Position numbers and translations under genes: made by a program. The notes under the pieces are model-generated. The model did no database searches, had not been told where the DNA came from, and saw only the letters and a list, made by a program, of their open reading frames with translations. 63,248 nucleotides of DNA from an uncultured virus (IMG/VR IMGVR_UViG_3300034684_000231) (taxonomy: Duplodnaviria > Heunggongvirae > Uroviricota > Caudoviricetes), in IMG/VR virus record IMGVR_UViG_3300034684_000231; one strand, given 5' to 3'. The first letter of the stretch is position 1. Every line of letters starts with the position of its first letter. Shown in pieces: positions 53,713 to 62,564 of this stretch.

Positions 53713-54810
53713 ATGTATGTGCCAGCATTTCCGGTTGAAAATGGAATGTATTATGATTACATATATAAGTTAAATGATTTATGCCGAAGAAAGTACATTA
53801 CACATACTATAATTCCACACGGAATAATTCTATCAGAAAAATCCAAAAGTCTCAGAACAGTGAATAGAATTGCGATATTACCTGATAAACCGATAGATGA
53901 AGTAGATACATTAGAACCGTACATTCTTGAAGGAAGGACAATGGTGTTTGAATATATAAGAGATGTGCGCAAGCTTAAAACAAAGATTATAAACGTGCAC
54001 ATAACTAAAAACTACATTTATGTACTTGTTCATCAATATGATAGCCAACATAATGGTGGCTACCATATTGGTGTATATGACAGAAAACTGCGGCTTATTA
54101 AAGTCCAGCCTTTACCAGAAGGAATTTATTTTTACGATATGTTAACTGGGCGCGGTGATCTTTCTGTATCAATGTGGACAAAAGATGGTTATATTGTGTT
54201 CTATTATCATCCGAAGCATGGACTAAAATATAGACGTAATGCATATTATCAACAAAGAACAATATTACTTCCAGAAAACGCAGTGCCTGTAATTCCACAT
54301 TGTTATGCAATAGATAAAGGTAAAGAAATAATGGTTTACAATTATGCAGAAGAGCCGTTTATGAATATTGAAAAAAGTAAGTTGGAAGAAACGAAATATA
54401 TGTCATTTGAAGATATACTTTACATGAACTTGAATATTACGACAGTAATTGATTTGCAAGACGATGTAAAAAATATTCTTGTAGTTCCAAAGAAACCGCT
54501 CAAGAAGCCATTGAAAAATGTAACGTATATCACACGTAGGGATTTTAAAAATGTATCATCTTACGTATACGAAGGAATGGCAAAAGTTACAGACAATTCA
54601 TACTTAGTTATTTATTATGCGTTATATGGTCAAGAATACGAATACTTTGTCAAAGATAATGCTATAAACATAAAATTTATTCGTGATGAGTCTAATCAGT
54701 TATTAACAATCAATTTGGATAAAATACCTAAAAATGGATATAGTGTAATGTTTCAGCTTAAAAATAATAATGTATTAAAGCGATGGCATAAATTACCAAA
54801 AAATTACTAA
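53713..54810 (+). CDS. Hypothetical beta-rich protein
   Basis: 365-aa ORF coupled to the previous gene. Confidence 0.75.
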   Translation: MYVPAFPVENGMYYDYIYKLNDLCRRKYITHTIIPHGIILSEKSKSLRTVNRIAILPDKPIDEVDTLEPYILEGRTMVFEYIRDVRKLKTKIINVHITKNYIYVLVHQYDSQHNGGYHIGVYDRKLRLIKVQPLPEGIYFYDMLTGRGDLSVSMWTKDGYIVFYYHPKHGLKYRRNAYYQQRTILLPENAVPVIPHCYAIDKGKEIMVYNYAEEPFMNIEKSKLEETKYMSFEDILYMNLNITTVIDLQDDVKNILVVPKKPLKKPLKNVTYITRRDFKNVSSYVYEGMAKVTDNSYLVIYYALYGQEYEYFVKDNAINIKFIRDESNQLLTINLDKIPKNGYSVMFQLKNNNVLKRWHKLPKNY

Positions 54811-54832
54811 AACACAGAAGGAGGTTGTTAGT

Positions 54833-55114
54833 ATGGTATTGAAAGACATTATTGATGTACTCAAACAAAAAGAAGGGATGGAGAAATTTAGTAAAAAAGA
54901 TCTTTACATGATTGCAGATAAGCTTTTTGAAACTATCACAGAGAAGGTTCTTAAAGATGGACAAGAAGTTAAAATTGGAACATACGGCAAATTTGTACCA
55001 GCAAAGTCTAACAGGACAAAAGGATACAATCCACTAAGCGGCACAACTATTACTTATACTCCTAAAGTGAGGATGAAATTTAAACCATTCAAAAAGGCTA
55101 TAAAAGAAGAATAA
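54833..55114 (+). CDS. HU/IHF-family DNA-binding protein
   Basis: GQEVKIGTYGKF, RTKGYNP, KFKPFK. Confidence 0.88.
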   Translation: MVLKDIIDVLKQKEGMEKFSKKDLYMIADKLFETITEKVLKDGQEVKIGTYGKFVPAKSNRTKGYNPLSGTTITYTPKVRMKFKPFKKAIKEE

Positions 55115-55179
55115 TTGATATATTAGATTTTAAAACATGGGGCCTAGTGCCCCATTTGAATTTTTAGGAGGTGTATAGT

Positions 55180-55677
55180 ATGAAAAACACAGCCCAGCTA
55201 TTAGGTGTAGTTGTAGATACATATCGAGAATACAAACAAAATCCTATGTTATCTCCAAAGTCTAAGTTAAAAATGGCAAAAAACGATATGATAATGGTTG
55301 TACAGCAAAATCCAAATAAGAACAGTATTTTTGCTAAAATGGCTAAAAATGGGCACGAAATTGCACAAGTATTAGCCAAAAGATTGCCAAGCTCAGATTA
55401 TGAATATTTTGGTGTGTTTATATCAGATAGATTATTTATCTATGGGGATGCTTTAAAAAGGTTTTTCAATGTAAATTGGAAGGATTTATATAAGTACCTA
55501 ATGACACAAAATATAGAAGTTAAAGCATTTACAGATGGTTCTTACAAACTTGATGCCGGAATTGATAAAGATACAGGCAAATATGCGTTCTATATAATTA
55601 CAGATCTAAATAGACATAAATCACACATTTTGGTTGATACATCAATATTTACTTCATATATGCAAAGTTTTAATTAA
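55180..55677 (+). CDS. Hypothetical protein
   Basis: SD GGAGG. Confidence 0.7.
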   Translation: MKNTAQLLGVVVDTYREYKQNPMLSPKSKLKMAKNDMIMVVQQNPNKNSIFAKMAKNGHEIAQVLAKRLPSSDYEYFGVFISDRLFIYGDALKRFFNVNWKDLYKYLMTQNIEVKAFTDGSYKLDAGIDKDTGKYAFYIITDLNRHKSHILVDTSIFTSYMQSFN

Positions 55678-55690
55678 GGAGGTTGATACA

Positions 55691-56263
55691 ATGGCAGAAC
55701 AAAACAACACAACATTAAGTGTTGGGCAAAAAATTAAGGAGTTAAGAAACAAAGTTAATATGTCTCAGCAACAACTTGCGCAAGAATTAAGTATTTCTAG
55801 AGATACTTTATCTAAATACGAAAATGATAAAGCATTACCAACAGAAGATATTATGAACAAACTTGCAGAAATTTTTAATGTTCCAATTGAGTATTTTACT
55901 GAACATATGATTGTAGCAGATGAAGATATAGAAACAGACAAAGACGAGTTAGATAAGACAGTTGATAACAAGAACGAAAACAGCGAAGCTATTAACAAAA
56001 CAATTATAGTTGAAAATGACAAAGTATATGTATCAGCAGGTATAAAATTAGGATTAAAGAACTACTCGACTATTAACATAGACTTTGGTATCACAAAAGT
56101 TATTGGTAAAGATGATAATATTGAAAACATAGCTAACCAAATCTTTGAAGAAACAATACTTCCAAAAACTAAACAATTTGCTTCAAAATTGGCAGCTGTT
56201 GGTTATCAAATGGCGAATATAATAGAATCTAAGAACAATGCAAGAAGAACATTTACAGATTAA
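55691..56263 (+). CDS. XRE-family HTH regulator with extra C-terminal domain
   Basis: VGQKIKELR..MSQQQLAQELSISRDTLSKYEND..KLAEIFNV. Confidence 0.88.
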   Translation: MAEQNNTTLSVGQKIKELRNKVNMSQQQLAQELSISRDTLSKYENDKALPTEDIMNKLAEIFNVPIEYFTEHMIVADEDIETDKDELDKTVDNKNENSEAINKTIIVENDKVYVSAGIKLGLKNYSTINIDFGITKVIGKDDNIENIANQIFEETILPKTKQFASKLAAVGYQMANIIESKNNARRTFTD

Positions 56264-56277
56264 AGGAGGGAAGCAAA

Positions 56278-56520
56278 GTGACATACAAAACGACTGACAT
56301 TTATGAAGCAGCTTATTTTCAATGGAAAGGAATAAAGCCTAAGAAATATAATATTCTTGGAGATATTATCGAATGGGAGTTTGCATATGAACAAGTAAAA
56401 GATTTGCAGGCTACTTATCACAATCAACTTAGAGATTATGTGAGTAATGTTATTAAATTAAAATCATTTGCAACCAAAACAAAACAAAAAAGGAGGAGGA
56501 AGCATGGCATTACAAAATGA
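56278..56520 (+). CDS. Hypothetical protein
   Basis: YKTTDIYEAAYF; SD. Confidence 0.65.
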   Translation: MTYKTTDIYEAAYFQWKGIKPKKYNILGDIIEWEFAYEQVKDLQATYHNQLRDYVSNVIKLKSFATKTKQKRRRKHGITK

Positions 56521-57082
56521 ATTTGATGTTCAGGAATTTAACAATTTGAATGACATGTTAGAACCACAGGTAAGTGTTAACGAGACAAAAAACTATTATT
56601 CTAATGAAACGCACAAGCATGAGTATAAAGACAACGCATTTACCATCTTCTGGCGCTCTAATGCAATGATGTCTATTATCCCTAATCAAGACAAGGTGCT
56701 TCTCAAGTTCATGCTAGGCGAAGGTAAGGATCCAAAGACAAACAGCTATGACAAAGATTCTAAAACATTCTTCAGTATTGACAAAGAAGAATTGTTTGGA
56801 CTTGTTGACAAGCTTAACTATATTTACAAAGGTATGCTTGCAAAGAAAGTACTTCAACCAGTAATGATAACACATAACTACAATAACGAAATCAAGACAC
56901 TTAGTATTGCACAAAGTCAAAAGGATCCATCCCAAGTTTATGTCACACTTAAGAAGGATAACAATAAATATTATATAGGTATGAATCCAACTGATTTTAA
57001 ATACTTTTTGTTCGCATTAAAGATGATACTTTACGAAATATACACAGGAACAAGACAAGGTTTTAGATTTGATTGGATCTGA
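56504..57082 (+). CDS. Hypothetical protein
   Basis: SD GGAGG; terminator follows. Confidence 0.7.
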   Translation: MALQNEFDVQEFNNLNDMLEPQVSVNETKNYYSNETHKHEYKDNAFTIFWRSNAMMSIIPNQDKVLLKFMLGEGKDPKTNSYDKDSKTFFSIDKEELFGLVDKLNYIYKGMLAKKVLQPVMITHNYNNEIKTLSIAQSQKDPSQVYVTLKKDNNKYYIGMNPTDFKYFLFALKMILYEIYTGTRQGFRFDWI

Positions 57083-57159
57083 TAAGACGGGGCAGTAATG
57101 CCCCATTTTTAACACTAATTGTGATTATATAATTAGGAGGTGATTAACAAATTAAATGA

Positions 57160-57285
57160 ATCACGCACTTACGTGCGTGAACGATGGGATTTGCTCGAGA
57201 GGCCAAATTTAATAGCTATTTTAATAGGTGAGATAAGTTATCTATGCGTTACGCATTTTATTAAACACAAAACAAATGAAAGGAG
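57160..57285 (+). ncRNA. Structured leader / candidate ncRNA, copy 2
   Basis: TCACGCAC-ttac-GTGCGTGA hairpin, then TGGGAT, TAGCTATTTTAATAGGT, TGCGTTACGCATT and AACACAAAACAAA blocks shared with 48292..48412. Confidence 0.45.
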
Positions 57286-57286
57286 A

Positions 57287-57337
57287 CTTGACACTCCCCA
57301 TGACTAAAGTCAGGGGCCTTCGGCTAAGCCAATTGTA
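57287..57337. mobile_element. Solo IS200/IS605-type end hairpin
   Basis: CTTGACACTCCCCATGACTAAAGTCAGGGG. Confidence 0.5.
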
Positions 57338-57539
57338 AATATGTTTTATATAGTTAATTTGTGCTATTGTCAACGGTGGTTATACACTTGCATCTGAATT
57401 CTTTGGGCTTGATCCGACGCTTAGATTTATTATTGTGTATATGTTAGAACCTTCTGTTATCATAAATAACTTTTATGAAATTTTACGGCATGAAAACAAA
57501 ACACAAATAATATGTGTGCTAATCTAAGGAGGTGTAATC

Positions 57540-57785
57540 ATGTTTGTAGGTTATATTGTTTCTGACATAGAACAAGCAAAACAACTCAAAAATGAGCTTT
57601 TAAAATTATTGCCAGATAAAGATCCAAACATATATATATTATTCAACGGCTGGGACGAAGAAGATATCAAATATAAACTTGGTATACTAACAGAACCTGA
57701 ATTAAATGAACTTAATCATAGATGGCTAAAATTCGAAGGAGATTCTATATCTGAATTTATTCAATCAATTGAGTATGACAAATAA
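57540..57785 (+). CDS. Small acidic protein, paralog of 45421..45711
   Basis: Shared FEGDS motif; SD. Confidence 0.7.
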   Translation: MFVGYIVSDIEQAKQLKNELLKLLPDKDPNIYILFNGWDEEDIKYKLGILTEPELNELNHRWLKFEGDSISEFIQSIEYDK

Positions 57786-57907
57786 TATTCCTTTTTCTTA
57801 TCGCGCGAAAAGCATACTACCTTAAATAAATAATCTCTTTCGTCCTATCACCAAAACAGAAAAGGCACTCGTTTGCGAGTGTCTTTATTTTTTAGGAGGT
57901 GACTTAT

Positions 57908-58390
57908 ATGTTAGAAACAGATAACATTAGGTATTTGTTATATAAGGAAAATGAAATATATTATGTACACCCAAACGATTTGGTTGAAGTTATACCAGAC
58001 CATGGCGGACTTAAAGATGCAAACGGCAACTATTTAAGTTGGTGTGATTGGATTTTTAAAGGCGATGTAATAACAGCAATTGAAGAAACGGGATATGTTA
58101 TAGACGACACTTTCCCAGATCAAATATGGGACGATCCAGAAGAGATAGAAGAATGGAATTGGTCTCCAGCAGCCTACTACTCCGACAATGCAAATTTTTA
58201 CTTAATAGTCGGAGAGTACGTTGAAAAGATTGAGATAATTGAAGAAGAAATTATAAAAGAATATTACAATGGCTTCTGGAAAAAGATTAAATTTAAAAAC
58301 AAATTGGGTAAAGTTCAACAAGGATATGTATATGTCTCAAGATACGCAGACAAATATCCAGAATTTTACTATACATTGGAAGAGGATTAA
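57908..58390 (+). CDS. Hypothetical acidic protein
   Basis: SD GGAGG. Confidence 0.7.
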   Translation: MLETDNIRYLLYKENEIYYVHPNDLVEVIPDHGGLKDANGNYLSWCDWIFKGDVITAIEETGYVIDDTFPDQIWDDPEEIEEWNWSPAAYYSDNANFYLIVGEYVEKIEIIEEEIIKEYYNGFWKKIKFKNKLGKVQQGYVYVSRYADKYPEFYYTLEED

Positions 58391-58556
58391 ATATAATCTA
58401 CTTTTCTCTATAGACAAAGCCCCAGGCAATTATGTCGGGGCTTTTTATAGAGAACAGTTTGATTCAGCAAAAATTTAAAAGACTTTTTAGAACAGCTGCA
58501 GTCTTCTTGATATTTGGTTATTTGAAACTGTCAGTTGCTAGATGGTGGTGATATAT

Positions 58557-59933
58557 ATGATTGAATTATTTACAAAAAGAACAATTTTAAAGATTGTGAA
58601 AAGTTTTATCAAATACAGAAATGATATTCCTAAGTCAGAATACGAGGAAAAAGCTGTGCGATTGTACTATGAAATAAAAGATTATAGCGATTCGTTGAAA
58701 GGAAAATCTAAATCTCAATTTGTACAAGAATTTTCTAGAGAGCTTATGACTTCCGTTTTACCAAATGCCGGTGTTGAAGTGTCATATATCTATTTAGAAG
58801 ATTTATTTGAAAGCGTATATAGATTACTCATAGGAAATTATAACAACGTGTTGCGATATAAAGGCTTAGAAGGATATACACTCTTATCAATTCTAAAAGG
58901 AGATTTGAGTTTTATCAATAGAATTACTAACGTTGATCCTTCTAAGCTTCAGAAAGAAACACTAATAGAACTATTACGTTCAATGAAAGATGTCGAGAGA
59001 ATATTTGGAGAAATAATTTCTAGAACCAATAGCTATAGATCAACTCCATTTTTGCTTCTAACACAGAAGCCGCTAGACGAATGGAAGTATTTTTCGTTTA
59101 ACAAATGGTTGGAATATAAAAAGGATACAGCGAACAAATCTTATTACCACAATGATATAATTGATCCATTAATAGAAGAGTTTGATTTCAACAGCAGTGG
59201 TTCTTGGTACTATATATTGAAGTACTTACATAATGTAAACCATGTTTATGTAATAGTCAATGACGAAAATGAACTTCAATATGATATTCCAAAGTATAAC
59301 GGTGTACTTCCAAGTATCGATATTGCAAAATCAAAAATTCCGCAGATCCATAATTTATTCAAACGAATATACCAGCAATTGGTTTCGTATACCGATAAAG
59401 ACTTGCTTAAGTTAGCTGACAATATGGACCCAGAAATAGTATTTAAGTTGCGCAAACCTGAATTACCGCCCGGAAAAATAATATTTGTAAAGAATTCGAA
59501 TGATTTGGAGTCAGCAGTTTGGGAAATAATAAACAGCAGAGAATTTTACAAGAACCATGTGTACAAATATTTAAAAGGCAGACTTAGACGGCAAAATATG
59601 CCAATTACAGAGGAAAACATCAAAAAAGAACTTCATAACATACTAAACAGAAACCATACTTACTATAGATTCTTTAAAAAACTAAAAAATGAGTTGGGGA
59701 TTGAATATGTTGAATTAACCAAATATAGTCACAGTTTATATTATGCTACGCAAGACTTACTAGCAAACAAATATAAAGTAATAAACGAAGTGTATAGAGT
59801 ATATACTCCAACTTGTCAGGAAATAGTAGCACTTGCTTACTGTATAAACCCAGAATTCTATAAAGAGCTGCAGTTTCCAGATAACCTAAATCCAAAATGG
59901 CCAAATTACGTGATATATAGAACTTATTTGTAA
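58557..59933 (+). CDS. Hypothetical protein
   Basis: Long TAG-free ORF. Confidence 0.8.
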   Translation: MIELFTKRTILKIVKSFIKYRNDIPKSEYEEKAVRLYYEIKDYSDSLKGKSKSQFVQEFSRELMTSVLPNAGVEVSYIYLEDLFESVYRLLIGNYNNVLRYKGLEGYTLLSILKGDLSFINRITNVDPSKLQKETLIELLRSMKDVERIFGEIISRTNSYRSTPFLLLTQKPLDEWKYFSFNKWLEYKKDTANKSYYHNDIIDPLIEEFDFNSSGSWYYILKYLHNVNHVYVIVNDENELQYDIPKYNGVLPSIDIAKSKIPQIHNLFKRIYQQLVSYTDKDLLKLADNMDPEIVFKLRKPELPPGKIIFVKNSNDLESAVWEIINSREFYKNHVYKYLKGRLRRQNMPITEENIKKELHNILNRNHTYYRFFKKLKNELGIEYVELTKYSHSLYYATQDLLANKYKVINEVYRVYTPTCQEIVALAYCINPEFYKELQFPDNLNPKWPNYVIYRTYL

Positions 59934-60008
59934 GTCGCCGTGAACTTCATACTTATGTTACATACGAATATAGCCCAGGCAATTAAGCTCTGGGCTTTTT
60001 AATATCAT

Positions 60009-60330
60009 GTGAACTACCATGACTTCTATAAGTCATGGCTTCCTGCTTCAACCAGTGATGGCTCGTAGACCCTTTGCAGGTTCCGCCGCCAGAGCACTGT
60101 CCACAGGCGTAAATTCGGACGGTTCCCGCCCTACTGATAGCATCAAGCCGTACCTGACCAGATTCTTCGCAGCATTCATGTCTCTTTCGTGATGCGCTCC
60201 ACATAATGGTTATTAGATTCAAGAAACATTTTTCACCTCTATATTATATATTAACACCGATATTATAACATATTATACACAAATATGCAAATTCATCTCC
60301 ATCTTACAGAAGATGGAGTCTTCTTTGCAA
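60009..60330 (-). mobile_element. Non-autonomous IS200/IS605 TnpB-type relic (right end / omegaRNA scaffold, no tnpB ORF)
   Basis: Minus strand reads GTAGGGCGGGAACCGTCCGAATTTACGCCTGTGG..GGTTGAAGCAGGAAGCCATGACTTATAGAAGTCATGGTAGTTCAC; a second end hairpin lies at 60290-60330. Confidence 0.7.
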
Positions 60331-60358
60331 AAACGATATAAAAGGGGGGGCGAATAAT

Positions 60359-60598
60359 GTGCTTGAGTACATAACAACTATGCTTTCAAAGTTAGACAAA
60401 GAAAAATTAAATGAAGTATATGAATATATTCTATCTCTTATTTATAATGATAGTGATTTGTATCTTACTACAGATCAATTAGCTCAGCGATTTGGCTTGT
60501 CACATGCAACAGTTGAACTTGTTATTAAAGAAAACAATTTAAAAGATAAAGATGGGAAATATAGTTTAAACGAATTTAGACGTGCATTAAGTATGTAA
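60359..60598 (+). CDS. Small HTH-like protein
   Basis: YLTTDQLAQRFGLSHATV. Confidence 0.6.
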   Translation: MLEYITTMLSKLDKEKLNEVYEYILSLIYNDSDLYLTTDQLAQRFGLSHATVELVIKENNLKDKDGKYSLNEFRRALSM

Positions 60599-60682
60599 TA
60601 TATAGGATGTATGTTAGTTAAACACATTAACAGCTAGTTAAGGCAGGTATTAAATTACACTAATTCTTTAGGAGGTGTTAGT

Positions 60683-62221
60683 ATGAGTATGAAAATGATA
60701 AATGAAATCCTCCAGGATTATGCTGATTACAGAACGGCAGATACGGTAAATTATGAAGGACATCCAGCATGGCAGAGAAAAGGATTAGAAAGACTAAGAG
60801 AAATCCTATTTGTTGGAACAGTAGGAAATCAGTTTTACGTTAATTCAAATGAGAATATCTTATATAAAGTAAAAGATTTAGAGCAATTAATCATGGATAA
60901 AGATATTCCAATTGATGAAATAAAAAAACTGATAGTATCAGCTAGACAAGAAGGTTTGTTTAGGACAATGCCTATATTGGCACTTGTTTTACTAAGAAAA
61001 CGTTCTCCAAAGGCATTCTCTGAGATATTTAATCAAGTAATAATTACAGGCAACGATTTAGAAGACTTTTTGGATATCAACCAAAATTTAATTGGTGGTT
61101 TTGGAAGAGCAGCCAAAAAGGCTATTCACGGTTATCTTAAAAATGCAAATCAATTTTACGCTATCAAATATAGAAAACAATTAGCGGATGCAATAGCCTT
61201 ATCCAGACCAAAGATAGATAATTTTGAAAATGGTTTGTTGTTAAAATACATATACATGACTAAAAAGAAAAAGGTAGATAAAAAAACAGTCATATCAATA
61301 TTTAACAAATACCCACAAATAACAGCCGCAGAATTGTTTAAGCTCTATATATCAGACGGCTTAATAGATAAAGCATTAGCAGTGGCAAAACAAGCAAAAT
61401 TACCAGCAGACCTTCTTATAGGACTCATTGGAAATTTAAATGATAAGAAAATCTGGCGCGTTATAATGCAAAATATGGGGTTAATGCAATTTATTAAATA
61501 TATAAATAAGCTAATCTCAGTTGGACTTAAGGAAGAAGTAATAGCAAAACTTAAAGATATAACACCAGAAGATATAATAAAAGCCAAGATTTTTCCTTAT
61601 AGACTTTTTGTTGCATGGCTAAACGCAACAGATCCAGACGTAAAAGAGCAATTGGTAGAACTTCTTAGTAAATTTCAAGATCCACAAAAGTATCCCGTGC
61701 TGAATAAAAAATGGCAAAATCATACTTATGCTATTTGTCCAGATGTTTCTGCTTCAATGATATGGGAAGGACAACCACCTGCAGCAGATATAGCAGGATT
61801 CTTTACAGCTGTTTTGGCTAAACAACTTAAAGTAGAAGAAGTATTAGCTTGGAGCGATACAGTAGAACCATTAGATATTAGAAACAAATCATTCATGGAA
61901 ATATATCAAGACGTTCATAAAAACGGTGGTGGAACTGCAATGAGCTCGCCAATATTATATATGCTGGAAAATTATAAACAATTGCCAGACATTGTATTCA
62001 TTATAACAGACTCAGAAACTTGGAATGATGATGTATCAGTAAAAAGAGCATGGTTAGACTATAAGAGACGAAATCCAAAAGCAAAATTGGTAGTAATAGA
62101 AGTAGCTGGATATGGCCATTCAGTTATAGACGAAGATTTTGCAAATAGATATGATATATATACGGTCTTTGGATGGACAGATTCGGTCTTTAAATGGATT
62201 GAATTAAAAGTTTTAAGTTAA
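60683..62221 (+). CDS. Ro60/Rsr-like TROVE plus vWA RNA-binding protein
   Basis: TVNYEGHPAW, LFVGTVGNQFY, GGFGRAAKKAI, YAIKY, IFPYR, CPDVSASM, GGGT, IITDSETW. Confidence 0.88.
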   Translation: MSMKMINEILQDYADYRTADTVNYEGHPAWQRKGLERLREILFVGTVGNQFYVNSNENILYKVKDLEQLIMDKDIPIDEIKKLIVSARQEGLFRTMPILALVLLRKRSPKAFSEIFNQVIITGNDLEDFLDINQNLIGGFGRAAKKAIHGYLKNANQFYAIKYRKQLADAIALSRPKIDNFENGLLLKYIYMTKKKKVDKKTVISIFNKYPQITAAELFKLYISDGLIDKALAVAKQAKLPADLLIGLIGNLNDKKIWRVIMQNMGLMQFIKYINKLISVGLKEEVIAKLKDITPEDIIKAKIFPYRLFVAWLNATDPDVKEQLVELLSKFQDPQKYPVLNKKWQNHTYAICPDVSASMIWEGQPPAADIAGFFTAVLAKQLKVEEVLAWSDTVEPLDIRNKSFMEIYQDVHKNGGGTAMSSPILYMLENYKQLPDIVFIITDSETWNDDVSVKRAWLDYKRRNPKAKLVVIEVAGYGHSVIDEDFANRYDIYTVFGWTDSVFKWIELKVLS

Positions 62222-62247
62222 TTTACTGTGTTGTAGTATAATTATTG

Positions 62248-62309
62248 TAGAGGTGGCAAAGGGCTTTCAACGTATTTGGGTACGTATACGCCCTTTGCAA
62301 AATCCTCTG
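62248..62309 (+). ncRNA. Short Y-like RNA candidate
   Basis: Terminal pairing AGAGG/CCTCT and GCAAAGGGC/GCCCTTTGC with an internal TTTCAAC loop; TATAAT at 62237. Confidence 0.55.
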
Positions 62310-62323
62310 TATTTTAAAATTAA

Positions 62324-62457
62324 AAACAGGGGTGTTTAGGAAGTTTCAACGGAGTGTGATCCCGAGGTGTGGGTTCGAGTCCCACCCACTAGACTTAGTG
62401 CTAGTGGTAGCTTAATGGATAGAGCGCGTATATGCTTCCTAAGTTAATCCCCTGTTT
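62324..62457 (+). ncRNA. yrlA: YrlA-type Y RNA (permuted tRNA-mimic domain)
   Basis: Terminal stems AAACAGGGG/CCCCTGTTT and TTAGGAAG/CTTCCTAA; T arm GTGGG-TTCGAGT-CCCAC; loop-closed acceptor stem CCACTAG/CTAGTGG; then D arm TAGCTTAATGGATAGAGC; directly after the Ro60 gene. Confidence 0.85.
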
Positions 62458-62461
62458 GTTA

Positions 62462-62490
62462 GCCCGGGCAATTAAGTCCGGGCTTTTTGT
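62462..62490 (+). terminator. Intrinsic terminator after the Y RNAs
   Basis: GCCCGGGC-aattaa-GTCCGGGC-TTTTT; related hairpins at about 41952, 58419 and 59972. Confidence 0.75.
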
Positions 62491-62564
62491 TTAATATTTA
62501 GCTTGAAATAGAAAAATAAGAAATTAAGAACAGGAAATACTCATATGCTCGGAGGTGAATCAAT

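Noticed and set aside
62369..62425. Conventional tRNA gene
   Set aside because: The T arm precedes the D arm, the acceptor stem is loop-closed, and there is no anticodon arm or CCA; this fits a YrlA Y RNA.
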